From: an uncultured delta proteobacterium
Lineage (GTDB): Bacteria > Myxococcota > Myxococcia > Myxococcales > Myxococcaceae
Length of the DNA: 64,000 bases
Assembly: GCA_963713045.1 (NCBI GenBank)
Contig: CAVQKE010000004.1
Coordinates: forward strand, 768,001 to 832,000
Direction of reading: 5' to 3'
This document shows positions 20,452 through 30,098 of this stretch, piece by piece (the first letter of the stretch is position 1; each line of letters begins with the position of its first letter). The notes below the pieces were generated by a model. It did not search any database. It had not been told where the DNA came from and worked only from the letters and a program-made list of their open reading frames with translations. The position numbers were made by a program, and so were the translations under genes.

Positions 20452-21622
20452 ATGTCGGCCGCGATCACGTCCATCGGAGCTGTGACTGGATTCGGGCTGG
20501 GACTGGACCTCACGGTCGCAGCGCTGCTCGAGGGCCGCACCGCCATCGGGCCGGTGACTCGGTTCCCGACGACGGGGCTATGCAGTTCCCTAGCTTCAGA
20601 GGCGCCGGCCGACGTCGAACTGATCGCCGCGGCGGCAGAGCTCCGCCAACCGCCGGCACAGGACCGAGCATCACGGTTGCTGCTCGCCGCGCTCGCCGAT
20701 GCTCTCGGGGGACGCAGCCTCGAAGCCACTCGGCGACGCGGCGTGGTGGTAGGCACCACCAAGGGAGCGCTGGAGCGTGCGCTATCCAGCGAGGAGCGTG
20801 GCATCTTCCCGACCGAGGACCTTCTCGGCCGCCCGGCGCGTGCCCTCGCAGCCGCGACGAGTTCACGGGGACCGGTCTACACCACAGGCGCCGCCTGCGC
20901 CTCCAGTGCCGTCGCGCTCGGTGAGGCGCTCGCACTGGTGGAGGACGGGGTCTGTGACGAAGTCGTTGTCGGAGGGGCAGAGGCCCTGCATGCCTTCATC
21001 TATCAAGGATTCCATGCGCTCAAGGCGCTCTCGGCGGTTCCGGCAGCCCCGTTCGATGCCGCGCGCAAGGGGCTCTCGCTGGGCGAGGGCGCTGCTGTTC
21101 TCCTCGTCGAGTCGGTGGCTCACGCTCGGAGCCAGGGTCGGCAGCCGATCGCACTGGTCGAGGGCTTTGGCACGGCGGTCGACGGCTTCGACCAGACCGC
21201 ACCAGAATCCCTCGGGTTCGGGGCTTCTCGCCGCTTGCCAGCGAGCCCTGGCACATTCTGGTGTGGCGGCGAATGAAATCGACCGCTACCACGCACACGG
21301 AACCGGCACGGTTCAGAACGACCGAATGGAAGCCGTCGTTCATGCCTCGCTGTTCTCGAACCGGGCGGTGCCCGTCTGTGCCATCAAGGGCGCCGTGGGA
21401 CACACCCTGGGCGCCGCCGCCGCGCTGGATATAGCGGTTTGCGCGCGAACGCTCGCCCAGCAGATTCTTCCGCCAGTCGTCAATCTCCGCACCGTGGACC
21501 CGTTCGCATTGGTGCCCGCGGTCATCGGCGTCGGTCGAACGTCTCCTGGCAGCCTCGCGCTGGTCGCCAACGCAGGCTTCGGCGGAATCAACACAGCTGT
21601 GGTCCTGCGGCGACCGGGGTGA
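20452..21622 (+). CDS. Beta-ketoacyl-ACP synthase KS1 (Cys-His-His); +1 frameshift near 21206
   Basis: GAACASS, LGEGAA, HAHGTGT..ND, KGAVGHTLGA, GFGG; frames join as TAPDPSG. Confidence 0.87.
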
Positions 21623-21626
21623 CGTC

Positions 21627-22442
21627 TTGAACACCTGCGTGGCCGTCACGTCCGTTGCGGTGTGGACTCCTGGCGGGGTGTGGGTCAATGCGCCGCCGCG
21701 CGCAGGCCCACCAGGTGGCACGTTGGCCGCCTGGCCTGAAGCACCTCCACTGGCGGTCGTCCACCCAAAGGCACGGAGGCCGCATCGAGAGGCGACAGTG
21801 CTTGTCCAGCTGGCACACGCTCTCCTTTCCGCTCGAGCATCCCTTGGTACACGCCTGCCCCCGCACAGCCCGGCGCAGACCGACCTCCTGCTGGGAACGG
21901 CAAAGGCCTCCGAAGCCGCTGACATGGACTTCCTGCGAGACCTTCGGGCGCGCGGAAGCGGGTTTGGCTCTCCCTCCACCTTCGTCTACACGCTTTCCAC
22001 GGCCGCGCCGGCTGAAGTGGCGATCGCACTCGGCCTGCGTGGTTCTCTGGCCACGCTTACAGCAGGCAGCATCAGCGGCTTATCCGCCGTGGCCCGGGCC
22101 GCCAGACGCGTGAGTCGGGGCGAGTCGCGCGCCTGCATCACCGGCGGAGTGGAACTGGTTGAATCGGCTTACCAGGCTTCGGCAGAGGAACCCGCGGGCG
22201 AGGTCGCCGCCCTGTTTCTTCTGGAATCCTCACAGCCTCCAACCCGGTGGCCGAGACTAGGCGACCCTGAACTCGGGTTCGAACCCGCGGCGCCTGCGAG
22301 CAACTTAGCTGGCTCGAGCTCCGCAACCGAAACCCTGATGGCCCTGGCGTCGGCTTGTGCGGAGCGGACGGAAGCCTCCCCGATTGAAATCGCGGGCCAC
22401 TCGCCCGATGGGCACTGGGCCCGGCTCTACGTTCAATGGTAG
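21627..22442 (+). CDS. KS N-terminal-like / chain-length factor 1
   Basis: SPSTFVYTLSTAAPAEVAIALGLRG; no catalytic Cys (TAGSISG). Confidence 0.75.
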   Translation: MNTCVAVTSVAVWTPGGVWVNAPPRAGPPGGTLAAWPEAPPLAVVHPKARRPHREATVLVQLAHALLSARASLGTRLPPHSPAQTDLLLGTAKASEAADMDFLRDLRARGSGFGSPSTFVYTLSTAAPAEVAIALGLRGSLATLTAGSISGLSAVARAARRVSRGESRACITGGVELVESAYQASAEEPAGEVAALFLLESSQPPTRWPRLGDPELGFEPAAPASNLAGSSSATETLMALASACAERTEASPIEIAGHSPDGHWARLYVQW

Positions 22443-22456
22443 ATTTTCGCACGGCG

Positions 22457-23198
22457 ATGAACTCCACTGCACATCAGGCGCTCGTCACCGGCGGAACCGA
22501 AGCGATTGGCCGGGCAGTCGTGCGCCGGCTCGCGCGCGAGGGGCACGCGGTGATCGCCGTGCACCCCAATGATGGCTTGGCACGCGAGGAGGCGGGCCGA
22601 GAGTTCGCGGACGCTCACCTCCACGTCGAATTCGAAAGGGTGGATTTGGCAAAATCGGCCCAGGTGGCTGCTCTCTTCGAACGACTGGCAGAGATGGGTC
22701 GCTCACCCGAGCTGCTCGTCAACGCCGGCGGCCTCGACGCACATGCTCCAACGACGTTCCTGAACACAGTCGACCTCGACGCTGTACTGGACGCGAGTGT
22801 GCGGGCAACGTACCTCACTTGCCAGCAAGCGTTGAAGACGATGAGACATCATCGCTTCGGAAGAATCGTCAACTTCGCATCACCAGCGGCCTTGCGGGGT
22901 GATGGCGGTGAGACCGCCGATGCGGCCGGGAGGGGCGGTGTCATAGGCCTGACGCGCGCACTGGCACGCGAGGTCGGGCCGCTGGGAGTCACGGTGAATG
23001 CCGTCTGCGCGGGGGCCGTCCGGACCGAGGGGACGAGTCCGGGGTCCGACCAGCACCTCGAGGCGTTGGTCCGTCGGACGCCCTTGCGACGGGCAGCAAC
23101 GCCCGACGAGAATCGCGGGCATGGTCAACATGCTTTGCGAGGACGCTGCGGGCTACGTCACCGGCCAGTGCCTTTCGATCGACGGTGGTCTCAGCTAG
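22457..23198 (+). CDS. Second FabG-like SDR with degenerate active site; +1 frameshift near 23111
   Basis: TGGTEAIG, VNAG, DAAGRGG in place of YAASKAG; frames join as PDEIAGMV..YVTGQCLSIDGGLS. Confidence 0.8.
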
Positions 23199-23202
23199 TT
23201 TT

Positions 23203-23484
23203 ATGAAAGCCAATCCGGACACCCAGCAGGCCCTTCCCGGCCAGCTCAAGACGCTTCTGGTGGAAACGCTTCGTTTGGAAGGTGTGAAACCCGAGGACAT
23301 CGACTCTTCTGAGCCACTCTTTGCACCCGACAGCCGCCTCGGCCTCGACTCGCTCTCCGCTCTCGAGCTCCTCTCGGCAATCGAATTCAAGTTCAACGTT
23401 GTCTTTGCCAATGATGGCTCTGCGAGGCAGCATTTCGAGTCCATCTCCACCCTCGCCACGTTCATCGAGTCAGCGAAGGGATGA
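23203..23484 (+). CDS. Acyl carrier protein
   Basis: LGLDSLSALELL (Ppant Ser), acidic, PEDID..EPLF. Confidence 0.92.
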   Translation: MKANPDTQQALPGQLKTLLVETLRLEGVKPEDIDSSEPLFAPDSRLGLDSLSALELLSAIEFKFNVVFANDGSARQHFESISTLATFIESAKG

Positions 23485-23487
23485 GAC

Positions 23488-24654
23488 TTGCGCGGCGTGG
23501 CCATCACCGGCCTCGGCATCGTCTCGGGACTGGGAGTCGGTGCTGAAACTCACCTGACCGCACTCCGGGCTGCTCGCAGCGGGCTGCGTCCCCTTTCCCT
23601 CTTTTCCCTACCCGGGCTGCCGGTCCTTCCCGTCGGTGAGGTGGACGAAGAGCTAATCCGCGGCCAGCACCCATCTCGCAGCGTCGCCCTGGCACTGCTC
23701 GCAGCGCGACAGGCAGTCGCGGGCCATGCGCTCTCTGGTGAGGGTCTCGTCGCAGTCGGCACGACGACCGGAGGCATTCAGGAATCCGAGCAACATTACC
23801 TTCGTCATCGAGGCCAGGAGGGCCGGCCCAATCGGCAGCTGCTGAAACACCATCCCGCCGGCGCAATCGCCGATGTCCTGGCATCGGAGTTCGCGTTGGG
23901 CGGTGAGCGGCAGACATTTTCCACCGCTTGTTCGTCCAGCGCCAATGCGATCGGCTACGGTGCCGCCTGCATCCGGCAGGGCAAGCCCTGGGCGCTTGTC
24001 GGTGGCGTGGATTCGCTCTGCCGGTTGACCTACGCGGGCTTTCATTCTCTGAAGCTGCTTTCCAGCGAGCCGTGTCGCCCGTTCGACCTTCACCGACAGG
24101 GCTTGTCCCTGGGAGAGGGAGCCGCCTTCCTCCTGCTAGAGGACGAGGACCAAGCTCGAAGCCGCGGCGCATCCGTTCTCGCTCGAGTCACCGGATGGGG
24201 TTGCACGTCCGACGCTCACCACATGACTGCGCCCCACCCTGAAGGTCGGGGCGCGATGGAGGCGATGACTGCAGCCCTTGCCGACGCAGGGGTGGAAGCC
24301 TCCGCAGTCGACTATGTCAACGCCCACGGCACGGCCACGCCTGCGAATGACCGTGCGGAGGCGCTCGCCCTGGCAGCGCTCTTCAAGCCACCCGGTCCGC
24401 TGGTCAGCTCCACCAAGGGCTCCACCGGCCACACGCTGGGCGCGGCCGGTGCAATGGAGGCCGTTTTCTGCGTCCTCGCCCTCGGCGCTGGCTTTGCACC
24501 GTCCACCGCCGGGCTCACCGAACCGGATCCGCTCCTTTCGCTGCGTCATGTTCCCCCCGACGGCTTGGTCGCACCACTCGAGGTCGCGCTGTCCAATTCG
24601 TTTGGTTTTGGGGGAAACAATGCCACTTTGGTCTTCGCTCGGGGAGCGCCATGA
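23488..24654 (+). CDS. Beta-ketoacyl-ACP synthase KS2 (FabF-like)
   Basis: STACSSSANA, DAHHMTAPHPEG, NAHGTAT..ND, GHTLGAAG, SNSFGFGG. Confidence 0.93.
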   Translation: MRGVAITGLGIVSGLGVGAETHLTALRAARSGLRPLSLFSLPGLPVLPVGEVDEELIRGQHPSRSVALALLAARQAVAGHALSGEGLVAVGTTTGGIQESEQHYLRHRGQEGRPNRQLLKHHPAGAIADVLASEFALGGERQTFSTACSSSANAIGYGAACIRQGKPWALVGGVDSLCRLTYAGFHSLKLLSSEPCRPFDLHRQGLSLGEGAAFLLLEDEDQARSRGASVLARVTGWGCTSDAHHMTAPHPEGRGAMEAMTAALADAGVEASAVDYVNAHGTATPANDRAEALALAALFKPPGPLVSSTKGSTGHTLGAAGAMEAVFCVLALGAGFAPSTAGLTEPDPLLSLRHVPPDGLVAPLEVALSNSFGFGGNNATLVFARGAP

Positions 24655-25565
24655 CCGTCAGCATCCTCGGACTGGGGCTAGTTGCACCCGGTGTCGAGGA
24701 CGCGTTCCGCGTCCGAACGCTGCCGGAGCTCGCCGACGGCCGCGCGAAGCGCCTCACTAGACTCGAGCGAATGGCGCTGGTTGCGGCGCAGCGGGCGCTT
24801 GCGAACGAGGGGGAAATGGCAGACTTGGCGCTGGTTTTCGGGACTGGCTACGGGGCGTTGGCCGCGACTGCAGAGTTTCTCGATGGCATCGCCACACGCG
24901 GTGCGGCATTCGGCCGCCCTATCGCTTTCCAGCAGTCGGTCCATCACTCACCCGCGGGACAGCTCTCCATCCTGCTCGGTTCCCATGGGCCAGCGCTGAC
25001 GATGACCGCTCGTGAGGTTTCCGGGGAATCCGCGTTGAAAGTCGGCATGACGCTTCTCGACAGCGGTCGCTCCGACAGGGTTCTGGTGGTGGCGGCGGAT
25101 GAATGGACGGAGAGCCTCGCAGCCGGATACCGGTCGTTCGAATGCTCACAGGCGCTGTCGCTTGGAGAGGGTGCTGCCGCTGTTCTTCTCGGGGCGGCGC
25201 CAGGGGCGCTCTCTGTGGAGCGCTGCACGCTCACGGCACATCCTTGCCCAGTTCTTCGCTTTGCGACCCGGGAGCAACTGCGTCCGCTCCTTCTTGAGGG
25301 AGCCAGCGGAGTCGGCTCGGTTTCCCTCTCGGCCGCGAGCGACGAAGTGCTGAAAGCGGAGACCTGGGGCCTGGCGGATTTGCTGCCCGCACCAGCGCGA
25401 TTCATCGACTCGGACTTCGGGTTTCATGCCTCCGCCGGGTTGCTTCGATTGGTGGCTGCCGCGACACGGGTGCAAGCATCGCCGGTGGGTTCGGCCTGCG
25501 CCGTGCATGGCGTCGCGCTGGGCGGTGGTCAATCCATGACCGTGGTGCGTCATGTCCGGACTTGA
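24651..25565 (+). CDS. Beta-ketoacyl synthase chain-length factor 2 (ApeC-like)
   Basis: KRLTRLERMAL, PIAFQQSVHHSPAGQLSI, AADE, GEGAAA; no catalytic Cys. Confidence 0.8.
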   Translation: MTVSILGLGLVAPGVEDAFRVRTLPELADGRAKRLTRLERMALVAAQRALANEGEMADLALVFGTGYGALAATAEFLDGIATRGAAFGRPIAFQQSVHHSPAGQLSILLGSHGPALTMTAREVSGESALKVGMTLLDSGRSDRVLVVAADEWTESLAAGYRSFECSQALSLGEGAAAVLLGAAPGALSVERCTLTAHPCPVLRFATREQLRPLLLEGASGVGSVSLSAASDEVLKAETWGLADLLPAPARFIDSDFGFHASAGLLRLVAAATRVQASPVGSACAVHGVALGGGQSMTVVRHVRT

Positions 25566-26268
25566 TGCGGCGGTCGCTACAGCCGTGGCTACCGGCACCC
25601 TTCTCACCACCGCGACGCTCGGTGTCCTTCACCCCAGGGTGTCTCTGTTTGGGCCTATCGTCTGGCGCGGTCCCACGCGCCCCGCTGTGGCGCTCACTTT
25701 CGACGACGGACCGGATCCTCGTCACACCGCCTGCATCGCCGAGATCCTCGATGTGCACCGAGCCAGGGCGACCTTCTTCTGCATCGGTCGTCAACTTGAG
25801 CTCCACCGCTCGCTTGCACGGTCCCTCCACGCGTCGGGGCACCAACTGGAAAACCACACTTACAGTCACGGTACGGGGTTGGACCTCTTCAGCGCTGTCC
25901 GCTTAGGGCAGGACCTCCGGCGTTGCCAGGAGGTGCTCGCCGGATTGATTGGAAGCGCCTCCACGTACTACCGGCCCGCGGTGGGCATTCGCAATCCGGC
26001 GGTGCATGCCGCGGCGCGGGCTTTGGGCTTGACGGTGGTCACCTGGACTCACACCGCCCGGGACGGCGTCTTCCCCCTCACATCTCGGCGCGCTCTCGCC
26101 CTTGCCGAACGAGCCAGCGCCGGCAGTATTCTGGCGCTCCACGATGGCCAGCTCCGGGGCAACACGAAACTCCGAGAACAGACGGTCCGCCACCTCCCTC
26201 TGGTGCTGAAGCGCCTGAAGGAGCGCGGCTTCGCATTCGAGACCCTGACCGAGCTGCTCCGACCCTGA
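25552..26268 (+). CDS. Polysaccharide deacetylase (NodB domain)
   Basis: ALTFDDGP, ATFFCIG, ENHTYSH, YRP, ILALHDG. Confidence 0.9.
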   Translation: MSGLDAAVATAVATGTLLTTATLGVLHPRVSLFGPIVWRGPTRPAVALTFDDGPDPRHTACIAEILDVHRARATFFCIGRQLELHRSLARSLHASGHQLENHTYSHGTGLDLFSAVRLGQDLRRCQEVLAGLIGSASTYYRPAVGIRNPAVHAAARALGLTVVTWTHTARDGVFPLTSRRALALAERASAGSILALHDGQLRGNTKLREQTVRHLPLVLKRLKERGFAFETLTELLRP

Positions 26269-26286
26269 GTCCGAGGGGAGCCTGGC

Positions 26287-27498
26287 TCAGCCCAACTTCA
26301 GGAGCGCGGCGAGTGCGCGTTTCGGCTCGCGCACAAACGGGTTGTTCGAGTCGAGGACGTAGCCACCCAGGATTGCGGTGATTGAGCGCTTGATAGCATC
26401 TGTCTTGTTGACTCGGAGCAAGACCCTCTGAAGTTCACCCGCATACCAGGAGCGGACGAAGACCTTAAAGACTCCAACCGCCTTGAGCACCATCCCGTCG
26501 TATTCGGCCCCCCAATCGACGGGCTCGCCGGTCAGGTCTCGGTGGACGAGTGCTGCCGCGCGCGCCGCAGATTCCAGAGCCAAAGTCACTCCAGACGAAA
26601 AGACTGGATCGAGAAACTCTGCAGCATTCCCGGTGAGTGCCCACCTCGGACCGTGGAGCCGCTCCACGGCGCTGGACCAGGCCTGAAACTTGACGGTCTT
26701 GAGAACGGGAACTGCGCGCCGTAACCGCTCCCGGATGTTCTCATCCTCGAAAAGAAGCTTGAACAATCGATCGCGGTCGCAGCCCGGAACGCCCTCATAC
26801 ATCGCCGGCTCCATCACCAAGCCTACGGAGGTCCGACCATTGGAGAAGGGGATAATCCAGCCCCAGGCTCCCCGTGGATGAATGCAGATCCAAATGTCTC
26901 CCTCGCGATCCGCAGCCGGACGCTCGTCCCCTTCGACCCAGGTGAAGAGCGCCACGCGCGGAGTGAGGACCGAAGGACGCTCGAGCTGGAGGAGCCTTGG
27001 TAGGACCCGACCGTAACCGCTGCAGTCGAGGACGAAGCGCACTCGAATCTCGGTGCGTTGATCGGTCTCGACGTCGGTGGCGGTAACCACCGCTCCCGCG
27101 GCATCGAACTCGACTGCCTCTACACGCTGGTTGAAGCGAACATCCACGCCGTGCTGCCGAGCGGTCGTGGCCAGCGTCTGGTCGAAGTCTCCCCGGGGCA
27201 CCTGGAAAGTCTGGGTCCGTTGCCCCGGAAAGACCTCCGCAAAGCAAAAGCGTGCCCGCGTCTCGCCTTGAAGGAAAAGGGCAGCGTTCTTGGCCTGGTA
27301 CCCGCGGGCCACCACCGCCTCGAGCAAACCGGCCTCGGCGAGGATGTCATTCGAGCGCGGAAGGAGCGATTCACCAATCTGGAAGCGGGGGAAGGTCCCC
27401 GCCTCGAGCGTCATCACCCGGTGCCGGTGTCGCGCCAGGATGGACCCCGCGACGCTTCCGGCGGGTCCCGCGCCGATGATGAGGACGTCAGCGTCCAT
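26287..27498 (-). CDS. FAD-dependent oxidoreductase / flavin-dependent halogenase-like
   Basis: GAGPAG, FPRFQIGESLLP, WGWIIP (WxWxIP), FLDPVFSSGV. Confidence 0.88.
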   Translation of the reverse strand: MDADVLIIGAGPAGSVAGSILARHRHRVMTLEAGTFPRFQIGESLLPRSNDILAEAGLLEAVVARGYQAKNAALFLQGETRARFCFAEVFPGQRTQTFQVPRGDFDQTLATTARQHGVDVRFNQRVEAVEFDAAGAVVTATDVETDQRTEIRVRFVLDCSGYGRVLPRLLQLERPSVLTPRVALFTWVEGDERPAADREGDIWICIHPRGAWGWIIPFSNGRTSVGLVMEPAMYEGVPGCDRDRLFKLLFEDENIRERLRRAVPVLKTVKFQAWSSAVERLHGPRWALTGNAAEFLDPVFSSGVTLALESAARAAALVHRDLTGEPVDWGAEYDGMVLKAVGVFKVFVRSWYAGELQRVLLRVNKTDAIKRSITAILGGYVLDSNNPFVREPKRALAALLKLG

Positions 27499-27946
27499 GG
27501 GCCGCGGCAGCCTGCCGGTGCATTCGCGAAACACCGAAGGCACAGGCGGTACCCAGAATGACGGCGCACACCCCCCCGAAAAGCGCTCCTCCCACCAGCA
27601 TGTCGAGGAACAAGTCTGCCACCAACGTTCCGAGTGGAACGCCACGAAAATGGGCCAGCCGGAGCGGAAGCCAGTGGCCTCGAAGCACGAGGGCTCCCAG
27701 CTGGGCGGTGGCGAACAGAATGAGCGGCGTGAGCGGAGGAATGGAAATCTGCACGCCGAGCACGACAGCGATGGTGTTGAGACGAAAGAGCCTCGCGGAC
27801 GCCAGAGCGAGGAGAACCTGAAGGCCTAGGAACGGACTACACCCCAGCATCACGCCCAAGCCCACGGCGACGCCAACACGTCCCGGGGTCGCGTGTTGCC
27901 GCGCGAGCAAACCAAACTGCGCTCGAATGTGACGAAAAAAAGCCAC
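27488..27946 (-). CDS. DUF2062 family membrane protein
   Basis: TPGRVGVAVGLGVMLGCSPFLGLQ, ISIPPLTP; GTG start with GAGG RBS. Confidence 0.82.
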   Translation of the reverse strand: MAFFRHIRAQFGLLARQHATPGRVGVAVGLGVMLGCSPFLGLQVLLALASARLFRLNTIAVVLGVQISIPPLTPLILFATAQLGALVLRGHWLPLRLAHFRGVPLGTLVADLFLDMLVGGALFGGVCAVILGTACAFGVSRMHRQAAAAHGR

Positions 27947-28028
27947 AGTCGGGTGTACCTCGTTTCCGCGCGCCTCCGCCACTCGGGCGGCGTTTGACAA
28001 CGAATGCGCCCGGGCGCGAGATGCTCTG

Positions 28029-30098
28029 GTGAAGCCTGAACCCGCACCGTGCTGTTCCGACCTCGCGCAGGCGTGCGTCATCATCCCCGTCTTCAACAAT
28101 GCTCGCACAGTCGGCGACGTCGTCCGCGGAGCGGTTAAACATGTCACGACGGTCATCGTCTTCGACGACGGCTCGACAGACGGTTCCGCCGAGAGCGCGC
28201 AGGCAGCAGGCGCGACGGTTCTCCGCCGCAACGCCAACACGGGCAAGGGAACCGCTCTCCGTCGGCTGCTCGAAGCCGCCCATGAGCGGGGTTTTGCCTA
28301 TGCCATCTCGCTGGACGCGGACGGACAACACCTTCCGGAGGACCTGCCTCAGTTCCTGGAAGCCGCGCTGAAGAACCCCGGCGCGCTCATTCTCGGCGTC
28401 CGAGACCTGGTCGCTGCCGGTGCTCCAGCCTCGAGCGAGTTTGGTCGCAAGACGTCCAATTTTTGGATCTGGTTCGAAACTGGCATCCGGGTGCCCGACA
28501 GCCAGTCTGGTTTCCGGGGCTACCCGCTTCCTGAGTCCGTACAGCTGAAGCCGTGGGGCCGACGCTACGAATTCGAGGCCGATGTCCTGCTCCGTGCAGC
28601 CTGGGCTGGAATCCCAATTCGCACGGTTCCCATCCACGTCGTCTATCCTGCCGACCGCGTCACGCATTTTCGTTTGGTTGTGGACAACATCCGCATTGTG
28701 GCGCTCAACACGGCCGCCTGCCTGCGGATGCCTTTGCCACTCCCGCTAGGCCCACGGTTGAAACGGCTCCCCCGTCGCCCGGGATTGTCCCTCTTCGCGC
28801 TGCGCAGCTGGGCCTGGCTCGGCGGACAGGGACCCGGCTGGCGGGCTGCGGCTGCGGCGGCTGGCATTGTGTGTAGCCTTGACACGGTCGAGCCGTGGCT
28901 CCGGCTAGTCGCTGGACTGGCCTGCGTGCTCGCTGGGCTCGGTGCACTCCCCGCACTGATCGCTGCAACCGGATGGGCGGCCCTCGTGCACCAGGGGCTT
29001 CGCCCGGCCATCGCGGCGGCGGTGGTGATGGCAGCCTTCGCGTTGTTTGGCGGCCTGGAGGCGATGCGCTCGCCGCCACGGCCCGAGGCAACTCAGTGGA
29101 CAGGCCAAAGCCGAGGCGGCGTGTTTGGCCACTGGTTCTTCTTTCAGGTAACGCGGCGCTTCGGTCTCTCCCTCGCCTATTGGGTTCTGTACCCAGTGAC
29201 ATTCTATTTTCTTTGCACGTGGCGCTCAGCGCGCAACGCTTCGCTGCAGTTCCTTGAACGGACACTGGGGCCAGCACCATTGCCGGTGCGCCTCGGCCGC
29301 ACCTATCGCCACTTCCTCGCTTTCGCGCGCACCATGGTGGACCGCGCGCTTTTCGCCACCCGGGGCAAAGGGGTGTTCCGGTACGAGGAGAATGGCATCG
29401 ACCACATCCGGTCGGCTGCCGCGAACGGTCGCGGAGCCATCCTCCTCACCGCCCATTTGGGGAACTGGGAGGTCGCGGCTGAGTTGCTGGGAGAGGCGGG
29501 AGAGAAGCTGGCAGTCGTCGCATACCGCGGGGACCATGAGAAGTTGACGCGATACATGGACCGGGCGCAGGGTCCGCGGCCGCGGATCATCGAGGTGGGC
29601 TCGGACCTGTTCTCGTCGTTGGAAATGCTCCGGTCGCTCCGCGAGGGTACGGTCCTTGCCGTGCAGGGAGACCGCCCCATCGACCGTCATGTGGTCCGCG
29701 TCCCCTTCCTAGGCCACGAGGCCCCCTTCCCGGTCGGTCCGTTCCTGCTTGCCGCCTTGAGCGGCGCACCGCTGATCGCAACGTTCTCGGTGCAGGTGGC
29801 ACCGGCAACCTACCGCTTTTTTGCGGAACCGCCGGCGCAACTGAGCTTCCGGAGCGACCAAAGCCGCGACGCTCAACTCCGGACGTGGGTCCAGCAGTAC
29901 GTTTTTCAGCTCGAAGCGCTCGTCCGCCGGTACCCGTACCAGTGGTTTAACTTCTACGAGTTTTGGGATGCCGCGCCGCCGACTCCCGTCAAGAAACGTC
30001 CGGCGCTCCGCGCTGCCGCGCGTGAAGCTCATGGACCAGACGCCGGACGTCTGCCCCCAACGGCCGATCCGGGTCAACCGGTAGCACCCATGCAGTGA
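28029..30098 (+). CDS. GT2 glycosyltransferase fused to LpxL-like acyltransferase (ApeJ-like)
   Basis: IIPVFNN, DDGSTD, DADGQH, DSQSGFRGY; C-terminal TAHLGNWE, QGDR, YPYQWFNFYEFW. Confidence 0.9.
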   Translation: MKPEPAPCCSDLAQACVIIPVFNNARTVGDVVRGAVKHVTTVIVFDDGSTDGSAESAQAAGATVLRRNANTGKGTALRRLLEAAHERGFAYAISLDADGQHLPEDLPQFLEAALKNPGALILGVRDLVAAGAPASSEFGRKTSNFWIWFETGIRVPDSQSGFRGYPLPESVQLKPWGRRYEFEADVLLRAAWAGIPIRTVPIHVVYPADRVTHFRLVVDNIRIVALNTAACLRMPLPLPLGPRLKRLPRRPGLSLFALRSWAWLGGQGPGWRAAAAAAGIVCSLDTVEPWLRLVAGLACVLAGLGALPALIAATGWAALVHQGLRPAIAAAVVMAAFALFGGLEAMRSPPRPEATQWTGQSRGGVFGHWFFFQVTRRFGLSLAYWVLYPVTFYFLCTWRSARNASLQFLERTLGPAPLPVRLGRTYRHFLAFARTMVDRALFATRGKGVFRYEENGIDHIRSAAANGRGAILLTAHLGNWEVAAELLGEAGEKLAVVAYRGDHEKLTRYMDRAQGPRPRIIEVGSDLFSSLEMLRSLREGTVLAVQGDRPIDRHVVRVPFLGHEAPFPVGPFLLAALSGAPLIATFSVQVAPATYRFFAEPPAQLSFRSDQSRDAQLRTWVQQYVFQLEALVRRYPYQWFNFYEFWDAAPPTPVKKRPALRAAAREAHGPDAGRLPPTADPGQPVAPMQ

